Program-made: the position numbers and the translations under genes
From: Felis catus
Taxonomy: Eukaryota
Direction: 5' to 3'
NCBI RefSeq assembly: GCF_018350175.1
Contig: NC_058368.1
Span: forward strand, 142,168,001-142,232,000
DNA: 64,000 bases
The notes under the pieces: model-generated
Databases searched by the model: none
What the model saw: the letters and a program-made list of their open reading frames with translations, nothing else
Told to the model about the DNA's origin: nothing
Shown: piece after piece, positions 12,901-26,413 of the stretch
How positions within the stretch are numbered: position 1 is the first letter of the stretch
Layout of the letters: the number at the start of each line of letters is the position of its first letter

Positions 12901-13122
12901 TTATTTTTTATTATTATTATTATTTTTTTTGGGGGGGGGGACAGAGAGAGACAGAGCATGAATAGAGGAGGGGCAGAGAGAGAGGGAGACACAGAATCGG
13001 AAACAGGCTCCAGGCTCCGAGCCATCAGCCCAGAGCCTGACGCGGGGCTCGAACTCACGGACCGCGAGATCGTGACCTGGCTGAAGTCGGACGCTTAACC
13101 GACTGCGCCACCCAGGCGCCCC
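12901..13122 (-). mobile_element. Young feline SINE (SINEC_Fc-type) adjoining an L1 poly(A) tail
   Basis: CpG-intact reverse complement of GGGGCGCCTGGGTGGCGCAGTCGGTTAAGCGTCCGACTTCAGCCAGGTCACGATCTCGCGG. Confidence 0.95.
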
Positions 13123-14180
13123 TATTTTTTTAATATGGAATTTATTGTCAAATTGGTTTCCATACAACACCCAGTGTTCATCCCTAGAGGTGCTCTCATC
13201 AATGCCCATCACCCATTTTCCCCTCTCCCCCAGCCCCCATCAACCCTCAGTTTGTTCTCAGTATTTAAGAGCCTCTTATGGTTTGCCTCCTTCCCTCTCT
13301 GACTTTTTTTTCCCCCCTTCCCCTCCCCCCGGTCTTCTGTTAAGTTTCTCAGGATCCACATATGAGTGAAAACATATGGTATCTGTCTTTCTCTGCCTGA
13401 CTTATTTCACTTAGTAGAACAATCTCCAGTTCCATCCATGTTGCTACAAAAGGCCATAGTTCATTCTTTCCCATTGCCAAGTAGTATTCCATTGTATATA
13501 TAAACTACATCTTCTTTATCCATTCATCAGTTGATGGACATTTAGGCTCTTTCCATAGTTTGGCTATTGTTGAAAATGTTGCTGTAAACATTGGGGTACA
13601 AGTGCCTGTATGCATCAGTACTCCTGTATCCCTTGGGTAAATTCCTAACAGTGTTATTGCTGGGTCATAGGGTAGATCTATTTTTAATTTTTTGAGGAAA
13701 CTCCACCCTGTTTTCCAGAGCAGCTGCATCAGTTTGCATTCCCACCAACAGTGCAAGAGGGTTCTCATTTCTCCACATCCTCGCCAGCATCTATAGTCTC
13801 CTGATTTGTTCATTGTAGCCACTCTGACTGGTGTGAGGTGATATCTGAATGTGGTTTTGATTTGTATTTCCCTGATGAAGAATGACATTGAGCATCTTTT
13901 CATGTGCCTGTTGGCTATTTAGATATCTTCTTTAGAGAAGTGTCTATTCATGGTTTCTGCCCATTTCTTCACTGGATTATTTGTTTTTTGGGTGTAGAGT
14001 TTTGGTGAGTCCATAGATTTTGGATAGTAGCCCTTTGTCTGATATGTCATTTGCAAATATCTTTTCCCATTCCGTTGGTTGCCTTTTAGTTTTGTTGATG
14101 TTTCCTTTGCAGTGCAGAAGCTTTTTATCTTCATGAGGTCCCAATAGTTCATTTTTGCTTTTAATTCCTTTGCCTTTGGA
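13123..14180 (-). mobile_element. Young feline L1 3' ~1.05 kb (ORF2 C-terminus and 3'UTR)
   Basis: ORF 13505-13903 reads ...IREIQIKTTFRYHLTPVR...CWRGCGE...HCWWECKL...KLWKEPKCPSTDEWIKKM (ORF2 cysteine-rich C-terminus). Confidence 0.95.
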
Positions 14181-16229
14181 TATTACTTTTTTTATACCTG
14201 TCCCCCAGTCCTGGGATATTGTGCTCTGTTTTCTCAGTCTTTGTTCCACTTTCTTTTTAGTTTTAGAAGTTTCTATTGATATATTCTCAATCACACAGAT
14301 TCTTTCCTCAGTTGTGTGCAGTCTACTCATAAACTTATCAAAGGTAGTCTTCATTTCTGTTACAGTGTTTTCGATCTCTAGCTTTTCTGTTTGGTTCTTT
14401 CTTAGGATTTCCATTTCTTTGTTTACTGTACCACTCTATTCTTATTTTATCCATTAGAGCCCTTGGCATATTCATCAGAGCTGTTCTAAATTCCTGGTTT
14501 GATAATTCCAACATTCCTGCCATGTCTGGTTCTGATGCTTGCTCTATCCCTTCAAACTGTTTTTTGCCTTTTGGTGTACCTTGACATTTTTTTGATAGTT
14601 GGACATGATGTACCTCGTAAAAGGAACTGCTGTAAATAGGCCTTTATAAATACACTGATAACATGTAGGGGAGAGGAAGCACCCTATAGTCCTAGGATTA
14701 GGTTTCAGTCTTTTATTGAGCATATGTCTCTAGAGTGTGAACCTCACAAGTGTTTCTCAGGATTTTTCTCCCCTTGTAAATGGGACAAGATGGATAGGCT
14801 GGGCTAGAGTTGGCTGTTTCCCTTCCTCCAGGTCAGTTAGGATCTGATAATACCCCAGCAGAATAGGGATTAGGCTATGGTTAATTAGTTTCTCCTGAGG
14901 GCAGACATTGGGAAGAAGGACAGAAGGCAGAATGCTCTGGCATTTCAAACTAGTCTTTGCCCCCCTTCTATTGCCTCCCCCTCACTCCTCTCCCCCCATC
15001 TCTTACCAGAAGCATGAGAGAATTTTTCTCAAATATTCACTGTGAAAACCTGGTTAAGGTCCTGGAGGCAAAAGTAACAAAAGCATGGGCGCTCCCTTAC
15101 AAGTGAGACTGGAGATTTCAACTCTCAGATTTGTTCACATTGAGTCCCCAGCAATTCTTCAATTACTTTTCAGGTCTTCCTACCCTGGCACTGGTTCCCC
15201 TGTCAGCTTCTGCTTGTGAGTCCTGCTCTGGGAAGCCAGGACACCCTAAGTTCTCTAGTCCGTCTCTCCAGTCTTGGGGGCAGTGGTTTTCCCTGTGTCT
15301 TCTTCTCTTATGGATCCAGGAAGAATTGTTGATTTTTCAGCATGTTCAGCTTTTCACTTGTTAGGATGGAGTAGCAACCTCCAAGCTCTGTACATGTAGA
15401 ACTGGAAACCAGAAGTAGACTATTCTAAATAATTTAATATTTTGATTGTCAGATAAGGGGGAAACTCAGTATTTTCATTTTCACTTCCTTGACTTCTTGC
15501 GGGATTGAACATCTTTCATATATATTCCTTTGAATTTACTCTTAAAAAATGAGTCAGTGTTCAGCAGAGGGAAAGGTGGGAGCAAAAGCATAGATCTATT
15601 AATTGCACAGTGTCAGCATGTCTTAGAGGGACTGAAATTATTTAGTTTAAGGAATGAGAGGGTGGCTTTAAGAAAAACAAGACTCAGAGAAGTAGATAGG
15701 TGTCAGGTGACAGAGGCCCTACATGCCAGGTGTTTAGACTTTATCCTGTCCCATTATGGAGAGCCATGGAAAGACTTTAAGCAGGGCTGAAAAAGGCCAA
15801 ATTTGTTTTTAGAAAAAGTAATCTTTTAGCTGTAAAAAAATGTGAAATGAGGTGAAAACACACAGATGGAAAGAGGAGAGCAAACTCAGAGAACTGTGGT
15901 GCCCCCTGAGGGAGGACAGTTGTCCTGGGCCTGGGGGTGGAGGAGAGGAGGGGCAGACAGGAGAGAGATTAGCAAGACAGGAAGCATGGCACCACGTGTG
16001 CATTGTCTGTGACAATGGGGAAGCCGGAAGCCAGAACACTGGCAGTTTGCCACGGAGAGCATTGGTATGTGGGTCGCCCGAGTGGCTCAATCAGTTGAGC
16101 ATCGGACTCGTGATTTCGTCTCAGGTCATGATCCCAGGGTCGTAGGACTGAGCCCCGCGTCCAGCTCCGTGTTGAGCTTGGAGCCTGCTTAAGATTCTCT
16201 CTCTCTCCTTCTGCTCCTTTCCCGCTTGT

Positions 16230-16263
<34 letters not shown>

Positions 16264-17249
16264 AAATAAAACATTTTAAAAAGAGTTTGGGTATGAATTA
16301 TTGTCCAGAAAACTTCTGCTATAGCCAAAAAACCCCCAAAATTACAGAACAGTTCCATCTAAACTACTTAAGTCTAATTTCATTAAGGTTTCTACAGAGA
16401 TGAACATTTAAAAGAAAATCAGGAAAAAAATGCACATTTACTTGAGAGAGAAGATATTGGTTGAAAAGAGCCAGTAACAAACGAATCTGCAAGGAAGGAT
16501 AAGAGAAAAATAAGAAGAGAAAACATTTTTTAAATGGATGAAGGAAAGAAAAAGGAGGTGGACAAAATTTTGAATGGAAAACTGAGGGTTTTAAGTTATT
16601 TTTACATTTTATTTTACATACATTAACATTATGCTTTGAAAATAATATATTGAAAATTAGAGCATTAATTCGTGGAAGACAGTAGATTCTGAACTACATG
16701 TTTCGTGAAATCTCAAAGTGACTGCTAACTGCTGCTAATAACTGTTGTTACATTCTTGTAAGAAGCAAAATTTTCCCACGTAGCACTCTTTTAGCCTCCT
16801 GATTTTATTTAACCTGAAAAGAAATCATTATCCCTACTTTATAGAATGCAATCCTAAAGCATCAATAGGTTACTTGTACATGTTACCAGTTAGATATTTG
16901 AATGTCTTAGCTACTTACTATTAGTCATTTATTTGATTGCTGGGGTAATTTTCATGGGGGTTCTGAAATGGCCCAACATTCCAGCTCTCTTTCTTCTGGA
17001 CTAAGTTTGCCCTCCTCAGAATTTCTTTCTAGACACAGCATGTGTTGCTGCTATTTCCTTAAATCTGTACACACCAGTCCTTAAATAAATAATGATTTAT
17101 CTTCAAATCAGTGGTACTTTTTTTTTTTAACACATGTCTGTAAAAACCATCTTTGGTTGAAGGGTTCTGTGTAAAAAACACAATGCTTTGGTATTATCAT
17201 TTTCATAAAACAGCCATGGAATAAACAAATATTAACATAGAAGGAATCT

Positions 17250-17592
17250 TTGTGTCCCCCCTCCAAATTCATATGCTGAATTCCAGATGTCCAAGGTTGG
17301 TGGTATTAGGAAGTGGGGCCTCTGGGAGGTTCCTTAGGCTGTGATGGAGTAGCCTTCATGAAAAGAATTAGTATTCTAACAAAGAGACACCAAAGAGCTC
17401 CCTCACTCCGTCTACCATGTGAGCACACAGCCAGAAGGCGCTGGCTGTGAACCTGGAAGAGGGCCTCACCAGATGACCATGCTGGTGCCTTGAACTTGCA
17501 CTTTCAGCCTCCAGAACTGTAAAAAATAAATTTTTGTTGTTTATAAGCCACTCAGTTTTTGGTATTTTGTGAGAGCACCCTGAACAGTTTAA
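17250..17592 (+). mobile_element. MaLR (MLT1-type) solo LTR
   Basis: TGTGTCCCCCC...AAATTCATATGCTGAA...CAGCCTCCAGAACTGT...AATAAATTT...TTTATAAGCCACTCAGT...GGTATTTTG is typical of MLT1. Confidence 0.8.
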
Positions 17593-18004
17593 ATTAGCAC
17601 AAAGATGGGGCACATGGGTGGCTTAGTTGGTTGAGCATCAGACTTCAGCCCAGGTCATTATCTTGCAGTTCCTGAGTTCAAGCCTCACACAGGGCTACCT
17701 GCTGTCATGCAGAGCCCACTCTGGATCCTCTGACCCCCCCTCTCTGCCCCTCCCCACTTGCACTCTCTCAAAACTAAATAAACATTAAAAAAATAAAATA
17801 AATAAGCACAAAGAAAAAAAATCACCCATATTCCCAACAACCAATCACTATTAACATATTAGCATATTTCCCTCCACATTTAAAAAAGAAAAAATTAGTC
17901 TATTCTCATACTTACTATAAGAATTCCGATAACAGAATGCACACAGTTAAGAAAGTTGAAAAATCACTTCAAATCTGACACCCAGAAATGAGCTTTATTA
18001 ACTT

Positions 18005-18685
18005 TAAATTTTTTTTAATGTTTTATTTATTTTTGAGAGAGAGAGAGAAAGAGAAAAAGAAACAGTGTGAGCAGGAGAGGGAAAGGGAGACACAGAATCC
18101 GAAGACAGGCTCCGGGCTCTGAGCTAGCTGTCAGCAGAGAGCCCGAAGCGAGGCTCAAACTCACAAACCTGAGCCTGAGCCGAAGTTGGACACTTAACCG
18201 ACTGAGCCACCCAGGCACCCCATATTAGCTTTAGATTAATATTATTATATACATCTTTCTAAGTATACATACAGAAGGAATACCTTCTATAAATATGGGA
18301 TCACACTATATTAAATATATTAAACTTAAACTTATTTGATTTTTTAAAAAATTTTTAATGTTTATTTTAGAGAGAGAGAGAGAGACAGAGTGCAAATAGG
18401 GGAGGAGCAGAGAGAGAAGGAGACACAGAATCCGAAGCAGGCTCCAGGCTCTGAGCTGTCTGCCCAGAGCCTGATGTGGGGCTCCACCTCACAAACTGTG
18501 AGATCATGACCTGAGCTGAAGTCAGGCGCTTAACCGACTGAGCCCCCCAGGCGCCCCTTACTTGAAGTTTTAAAAAAAATTTTAAGTAAGCTCTCGGCCC
18601 AATGTGGGGCTCAAACTCATGACACCAAAATCAGGAGTTGCTTGCCCTACTGATTGAGCCAGCCAGGCATCCCAATCATTTGAAT

Positions 18686-18736
<51 letters not shown>

Positions 18737-18758
18737 TTTTCCCAATCATTTGAATTTA
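18005..18758 (-). mobile_element. Cluster of three minus-strand Can-SINEs plus a (TTTA)n tract
   Basis: SINE bodies at ~18005-18220, ~18345-18556 and ~18575-18672; (TTTA)n at 18685-18739. Confidence 0.88.
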
Positions 18759-19373
18759 AAAAAGAGGTCTCCAAAGGTTTGGAGAGAAACTGAAGGAATT
18801 GTTGAATTCCAAATAAACATTTCTTTAGAACAAGATATATTATTTTCTAAAGGATTCTAAATGCTCTAAAATATTAAAAGGCTGTATTCAATGTGCTTTT
18901 TTAAAAACCACATATTTTGATTATATATATTATCAATGAATCAGTGACTCCCTGCTTTAATAGATGAGAACATCAGCATCCTCACATTCCCACCCGTCTC
19001 TTTGTCCTTCCCTCCATTCAAAATAGTCACCTCCAACTTTGCCATCACAATTTTCATAAATTTTAGCAGGCACAGATAATGTATCAAAGAATCCTTTGTC
19101 TATATGTCATTCTCAAACATGGAAGCAGTTGCTCCTGAAAACTCTCTCCCCCACACTGTCAGTTCCTAACCAAAAATGCCCATACAACTCCACGCCAAAG
19201 GCTCTAGACTTCCTTCCCCCTACCCCCAACTCTCTAATAAGGCCCAAGAGAAAAACAAGTGAGAAGTGAGAAAATGCTTAGAGAAGGAACAACACCAGAA
19301 TCTTACTTAGCTTGTGGAGAGAGAGCAAGAGAACACTGGGAACACTGATGCATTAATAATTATGACTTTTTAG

Positions 19374-20377
19374 AACACTGGAATTCTCTGGAATGACAGA
19401 TGTGAACAGTAGAACTCAGATGACACAACTGACTTCTGAGAACTTACTGAGGAAGTCGGGGCAGGAGTTCCAAGGAGAAAAGGGTCAAAAGACAAGAAGT
19501 GATGGGAATGGCATCTTTCCCATTGTGAGAGAGCCTGGCAGAGGGGCTGTACCCCCATCTCAGAAGAGTGCAGCCAGTATCTACTCATCTCCGGGCTTCC
19601 TACCCATTTAAACAGAAAGCTCAGTATTCAGAGCTAAACATCTGGCTTGACAGCAGGGAACACTCAGTTAATGGTAGTTCAGAGGAATTGCTGTGTTTGC
19701 AGCTGTTTCTTCTTGATAAAATAATTGTTGTTTCAAATGGGAAATTATTATGTAGAATTGGAATGGAATGAAAAAGTGGTGTCTTATCACAGCTTGATTT
19801 AGTAGTATATAAATAGGTTATGGGAAAGGAAGGTATAACATTAAAAAGTGAGATTATAAATGGTGGATAAACACTGCCTCAAAGAGCAAGAGAGAACAAT
19901 GCCAGGAAAACACGGCATGTGACTGAAGAGGCACAGGTCACACGTCAAATCAATGACTACACATATTTTTTAACCCTATTTCTTGGAAAACGCATACACT
20001 TAAGAAATGGTATTTGGTAATCTGCTTTGCCCAGAATGAAAGCTCAGTGATTACTGGAAGTCACAGGAAAGTTGGTAGGAACAGCTATGTGTATGATTTA
20101 AAAGTATTTCAAAGGTCTTGTGCCAAGTGTCCAACTATAATTCGTCTGCAACTGACTGTTGACGAAAAGAATAAAGTGTGATGCATCTTTTTTTTTTTTT
20201 TTTTTTTGGCCTCTATCTGCAAAAAGCAACTGAGAGAGAACAGATGACTAAATCCTAGAGCGAGAAGGGGACCCGGGGAACCTGAAAAAGAACAGCAATT
20301 GAAATTGAATGAAAGAAACAGAGCCCGGGAAAGAGATTTCAGAACATGCTGCAAGACTGGATACCTGGATATCTTAG
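19374..20377 (+). pseudogene. Candidate decayed coding exon A of an unidentified gene
   Basis: Acceptor-like TTTTTAG at 19367-19373 and donor TTAG|GTAAAG at 20378. One frame from 19957 to 20377 (~140 codons) has only two stops, both TGA, and ends ...RERDFRTCCKTGYLDIL. No recognisable repeat inside. Confidence 0.45.
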
Positions 20378-21249
20378 GTAAAGATCCTAAGTGGGCTACA
20401 TGTAAAACATTCGTAGGTCCTATGTTAAAGGAATAGAACAGGAAGGGTTGAATAAGTGTAGGGTAGCAAGAATTTTAGAACCTGGAAAGCCCAGACATGC
20501 AGCCCGGGTATAATATAAACTCTTTCCAGGCACAGATGTGGCACTGCTGGAAGGGAGACCATAATTCTCCTTAGGGTCCTTTATCAGGGCCACATTGGAC
20601 TCAGAGAATTCCTTATGTTGTGTCTCCACCTTGGCACGTCACAAAAAGGATCAGAAAGAAGTCATTAGAAGGTCTTGCTCACTCCAATGGATCGTTTGTT
20701 TATCCCACTTGCATTTCACTTTGACTTTTGATAAAATTTATCATAAAACAAATCATGGTATGTGGATTTACTTTTTATAATTCCATTCCCAAACATGATC
20801 TCGTCAGACCTGGCCGTGAGACACCTAAAACCCTGTTCTTATTTTTAACTTGTGATCAATGTAGATTAAAAATACTATACACTCCTTTCTTCATTTGTTA
20901 ATAGTACTGTTTTACCCTGTTCTTTCTATGTTCTGTTGGGTTTCTTGAGATTGCCTTTTTTTCCTCAGTGACAAAATTAATGGAATCATAGGGCTTGGCC
21001 TTTAAAAACTGGGACCACTTGTAGCTACTCCCTCTCACTGCGTCTGAAAAGAAAAGCAAATAGTATTTTGCATCATAAAACTGTCCTTGCAGAAGTTATT
21101 TCCGTCAAAAGAATCTTCTTTTTCTTAAAGGGCCAGAAAGTAAATATTTGAGACTTGTGGTCTTTGTTGCAACTACTTAATTTTGCTACTGCAGCATGTA
21201 AGCAGCCAAATGAATGGGCATAGTTGTGTTCCAATAAAACTTTATTTAC

Positions 21250-21473
21250 GGGGCACCTGGGTGGCTCAGTCGGTTAAGCGTCCGACTTCGGCTCAGGTGA
21301 CGATCTCGCGCTCCGTGAGTTCGAGCCCCGCGTGGGGCTCTGTGCTGACAGCTCAGAGCCTGGAGCCTGTTTCGGATTCTGTGCCTCCCTCTCTCTCTGA
21401 CCCTCCCCCGTTCATGCTCTGTTTCTCTCTGTCTCAAAAATAAATAAACGTTAAAAAAAATTAAAAAAAAAAA
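21250..21473 (+). mobile_element. Feline Can-SINE
   Basis: Near-consensus body with TSD AAAACTTTATTTAC. Confidence 0.93.
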
Positions 21474-22699
21474 ACTTTATTTACAAATCAGGAGGTTGGA
21501 CTGGGCAGTAGTTTGCTGATCCCATTAGCTGCCAACTCCTATTAGACATCTGAACTCCAGAGATTGTTGCTATGGCCTGTGAAAGTAATCTTTAATCCTT
21601 AAAAGGTTATAAACTGGTTGTCTTACTTAATGTGTTGCCTAGTAATAAATACTTAAGTTGACATCCCTGTTTTCCAGAAGACATAAATACTTGTGAATTT
21701 TCTTTGTTGAACAGAAGAGGATTATTGGCTTTTTCTCTTCTCCCTCATGCATGAAGGTAAAAGAAAATGATTATGTCACAGGTTAGGTTCTCTAGAAGCA
21801 AAAGATGAGGTAGAGCTTTGGGAGGAAGTTGTTCCATAAGGATCAATACTTGTGAAAAGTAGGCAAGGAAACAGGACTGGGCAGACAGAGAAGTAGAACT
21901 ACTATACAGGTCCAAAAACTTTGTTGACCATGGCTTGGAACCCTGGAAGAATAGGGCTCCAAGTGGCCAAGTCTATAGCCCTACCTTGCTCAGTCACCAG
22001 ATGTAGACTGCCCTAAGAAGAGAAAGGTTTCAGGCAAAGCAGCTCTCTGGAAAAAGCGCATAGCTAGAAGCTGTGTGCTGGCTTCCTCCCTACTGCTTAG
22101 GCATTAAGTCCTTTCTTGAAGGGGGTCTGGACAGAGAATTCTTCATACTTATCATAGACGGCTAGTTTTTTTTTTTTAATGTTTATTTATTTAACTAATC
22201 TCTACACCTAAATGGGGGCTCGAACTAATGACCCCAAGATCAAGGGTCACATGGTCCTTTGACTTAACCAACCAGGTGTTCCAGGTAGTTTTTTTCATTT
22301 TAACAAAAAGTCTGAAAACGTATCTCATATGTTAACACCACTGATGGAATAAGAACAGCCATAAACATAATCCTTTTGATTATGTTTTCACTCTTTATGT
22401 GTATAAATATGCCTTTTCCTGTGGGAGAAAAGAGTGTAGGACACAGACATCATAATGAAGAAATATCTGGGCATCTTTTTTTTTCCTCCTTTATTTCTTC
22501 TTTTACCTTCCCTAACTAGTTATCACTTACCTTCTGTTCTGCCTTCTTCCATTCTACCTCTTACCTTCTGGTTTTTCCATGCTTCATTCACCAACCCCTT
22601 AAATTCTACTCAAGGTTGTTGAATAGCTTCATATATAAAGCAATGCCTAGGGCTTGTAATGGCAGACAATTTCACATACCACATTCAACGTTTTCTTGT

Positions 22700-24450
22700 T
22701 TTGAACACTATCTACAATACTGCTATGAATATTCATGTACGACTTTTGTGTGAATATATGTTTTCAACAACTGTGGTTATATACCTATGAATAGGATTGC
22801 TGGATTATATGGTAACTCCATGTTTAGTCCTTTGAGAAACTGCCAAAATGTTTTCTAAAGCGGCTGTACCATTTTACATTCCTACCAGCAATGCATGAGG
22901 GTTCCAATTTCTCCACATCCTTGTAAATACTTGTTATTGTCCATCTTTTTTCTTACAGTTATCCTAGTGGATCTGAAGTTGTGTCTCATTGTGGTTTTGA
23001 CTTGCATTTCCCCAATGACTATTGATGAGCATCATGTCTTGTTTCTTTTACTGTATCTTTTTTGAGTTATTTTCTTAGTGGCTGCCCTCTAAGACACTAA
23101 TTATAGTAAATGATAATTAGTATCATAACTTACAACAGTCAAATTTGGGTCAATAGCCACTTAATTTCAGGAATAAACAAAAACTTTGCCTCAATATAGC
23201 TCCATTCTCTTCCCCCTATTTTGTGTTATTACTGTCTTAGGGATTACATGTTTATGCATAAACCTATAAAGACAATCTTATAATTATTGCTTTATGCAAC
23301 TGTCTTTTAATTTAAATGGAAGAAGAAAAGCATTACAAACAGAAACATATTTTTATGATCTTTTAATATTTTTTTTTCAACGTTTTTATTTTATTTTTGG
23401 GACAGAGAGAGACAGAGCATGAACGGGGGAGGGGCAGAGAGAGAGGGAGACACAGAATCGGAAACAGGCTCCAGGCTCCGAGCCATCAGCCCAGAGCCTG
23501 ACGCGGGGCTCGAACTCACGGACCGCGAGATCGTGACCTGGCTGAAGTCGGACGCTTAACCGACTGCGCCACCCAGGCGCCCCGTATGATCTTTTATATT
23601 TGCCTGTAATGTTACTGGTGCTCTTTATTTCTTCAGGTGAATTTAAGTTACCCTCTAGTGTCCTTTCATTTCAGCTTGGCTTCCCTTTAGTATTTCTTGT
23701 AGAGCAAACCTGCTGATGAAATATTTGCTGTTTCTTTCTTTCTTTCTTTCTTTTTTTTATCAGAAATTCTGAGTTTCTCCTCATTTTTGAAGAACAGGTT
23801 TGTTGGATATAAAATTCTTGATTGACAGCCTTTTTCTTTCAACACTTTGAATATGTCATCTCACTGCCCTCTGGCCTCCATAGTTTCTGATGAGAAGTCA
23901 GTTGTAAATTTTGTTGAGTAGCTTTTGTACTTGTGAGTCATTTTTATCTTGCTGCTTTCAGGATTCTCTCTTTATCTTTGGACAATTTCTCTGTGATGTG
24001 TCTAGATTTGGATCTCTTCAAGTTTATCCTTTGTTGTACATCTTGGATGTGTAGATTAATGATATTCATCAAATTTGATTAGGGAATATTATTTCTTTCT
24101 CCATGTTTCTTTTGTTTTTTTCCTTTATGAAAGTTTTATAATGCATTTTTTGGTTTGCTTTATAATATTCTGAAGGTATATCTTAGAGTCTGTTCATTTT
24201 GGGTGGTGTCTGGCTGGTTTATTTGGAAAAGCATGTGACTCTTGATCTCAGGGTTATGAGTTCAAGCCTCACATTGGGGTAACGATTACTTAAGTAAATA
24301 AATAAATAAATAAACTTAAAAAAAGAGGAATCTGGTCATTTTTCTTCATTCTTTTTTCTTTGTATTCCTCAAACCAGATAATCTCAACTGAATAATTCAT
24401 TCTTTTCAACTCACTGATTCATTCTTCTGCCATCTCAAATCTTTTGAATC
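22700..24450 (-). mobile_element. Old L1 fragments with a young SINE at 23367-23583 (minus) and a SINE at ~24200-24325 (plus)
   Basis: Reverse L1 motifs (GGCTGTACCATTTTACATTCCTACCAGCAATGCATGAGGGTTCC; CTGGCCTCCATAGTTTCTGATGAGAAGTC). SINE TSD TATGATCTTTTA. Confidence 0.8.
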
Positions 24451-25397
24451 CTTTGAGTATGGTTAACAAAATTTATTTCATTAAAAATATTGATATATGT
24501 GTACCATGTAAGCAGTGAATACTTACTTTTTTCACATGGCCCTGAAATATTTACCAAAAAAAAAAAAAACAAAACAGGATTATATTTTAGGTCAAAAAGA
24601 AAATATTGTAATTTAATTTATGTAATTTATATTGGCTACATCCTCAGATCACAAAATGCAGTAAAAATTAACCACTTTAAAATTAAAGCACATTCTCTTA
24701 AGAAACTTTTGGATCCCCCCCCCCCCAAAAAAAAATTAAAGTGGAAGTTAAAGATCATTAGAACATTAATGATAATGAGACTACTACACTGAAAACACAT
24801 GAGAGTGTTTTCTATATTTAGAAGCAAGTTTTTAAATAAACTAAATATCCGTCTCATGAATCTAGGAACATAAATGCAAAATAAACTTTAAAAATAGAAT
24901 TAATAGGAGTGCTTGGGTGGTTCAGTTGGCAAACATCCAACTCTTGATTTTGGCTCAGGTCATGATTTCATGGTTCATGGGTTCGAGCCTCACATCAGGC
25001 TCTGCGCTGACACACTGAGTCTGCTTGAGATTCTCTCTCTCCCTCTCTCTCTCTCTCTCTTTCTCTCAAAATAAACAAACATAAAAATTACAGATATTAG
25101 TGAGTTAAAAAAAGAAAAAACAATCTATAAACCCTAAAGTGTGCTTTTTAGAAATTATATTTTGTGTTTTTGGTCTTTGAGACCAAAGGACTAATCAAAT
25201 TGGAATATTTTGATCAGTGGCTCTTTCATAGACAAACTAGGCCATATAAGACTTTATATAGGCTACACTACTATGATCACTCTCCTTAATGTAATTTTGC
25301 ATAATATTTAATAGTTTCTACTTGGTAATATTTCTATTTCATTCACACATATGTTGTTTGAATAACCCATATAGTATCAATATGCCTGTATTTTCAG

Positions 25398-26413
25398 CCA
25401 TCTCTAGGTGGAGGTGTGTTTATCAGCGATTCTACAGCAGAATGAATTAAATGTTGTCAAGAAAGAATTACTGTTTGACAAAAAAGAACATACATGCTTC
25501 TCACTGTAACTGGGATTTCTGGATATTGGACTCTGTAAGACTAACTGAACATCTGGACAACTGAAAGCACCAGAGAATTCAACCAGCCAGGATGCAGCTG
25601 AACTATAATCACACACTAGAGTAACTGGTGCCTCAGGGAATTTGTTGAAACTAGAAAACCATTTGACATAGGGGTGAGCAGTTTCTGCATTCTTGGTCAG
25701 TGGAATTTGTCCATGAACCTGGAATAACCTTGGTGTGGCTACTGTGGTGATCTTACACAATCATTTTGTTGGAAACAAATGTCTGGCCATTGTTCTCATA
25801 GATGTATTGAACCCAATGTAGGTGTGTCTCACTGAAATATTAAATTTTGTTTAGCAATCTAAATTGTGTTAGGTCTTTCTAAAATGATGCCACTACACAG
25901 GGGAGGAAATCTTTCTACTAATTCAAAAATAATTTGTTAAAAAAACTTTTTTGAATTTTATTTTAGAGAGAGAGAGTGAGTGGGGAGGGGCAGAGGGAGA
26001 GAGAAAGAGAATCTTAAGCAGGCTCCAAGCTCAGCATGGAGCCCGACACATGGTTGATCCCAAAACTCTGGGTTCGTAACCTGAGCTGAAATCAAGAATA
26101 GGATGCTCAACCAACTAAGCCATACTGGCACCCCCAGAGTAATTGTTTTTGAGAGATGATTACATTTTATTCAGTTATTTCCTCACAGAAAATCACGAGA
26201 CTAGAGGGGACACATAGGTCTAATTTCTTCCTCTTCGCATACTGAAAAATAGTGACATAAAACTACACTGGATTATCACAGCCGGCCGCATACTGGATAG
26301 CTAACGTCTCCCAGGTGATGCCATTTGTAACTGAAAGAGGCAGGGTTTGGAAAGTGCACTGTCAACTACTCACTTATTTTGCATAGGTTATGGAGGCCAA
26401 AGTATCTCTGAGG
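25398..26413 (+). pseudogene. Candidate decayed coding exon B (interrupted by a SINE at ~25945-26134)
   Basis: Acceptor-like TATTTTCAG at 25389-25397 and donor-like AGG|GTGAGG at 26414. Protein-like translation with scattered stops (VEVCLSAILQQNELNVVKKELLFDKKEH..., TWNNLGVATVVILHNHFVGNKCLAIVLIDVLNP, ...AAYWIANVSQVMPFVTERGRVWKVHCQLL). Confidence 0.35.

Larger units (their letters stand above)
10320..15420 (-). mobile_element. Fragmented old L1 (ORF2, ORF1 and 5' region pieces) hosting younger insertions
   Basis: Minus-strand ORF1-like coiled-coil peptide MEILRKNQTEKLEIENTVTEMKTTFDKFMSRLHTTEERI (14414 downward) and ORF2-like pieces at 10330-10570 and 11380-12560. A short plus-strand ORF1-like piece lies at ~11091-11270. 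Confidence 0.7.

Noticed and set aside
25404..25760. 118-aa minus-strand ORF (and the 69-aa minus ORF at 26785-26994)
   Set aside because: No recognisable homology or flanking splice signals on the minus strand. The splice-like signals favour the plus-strand reading.
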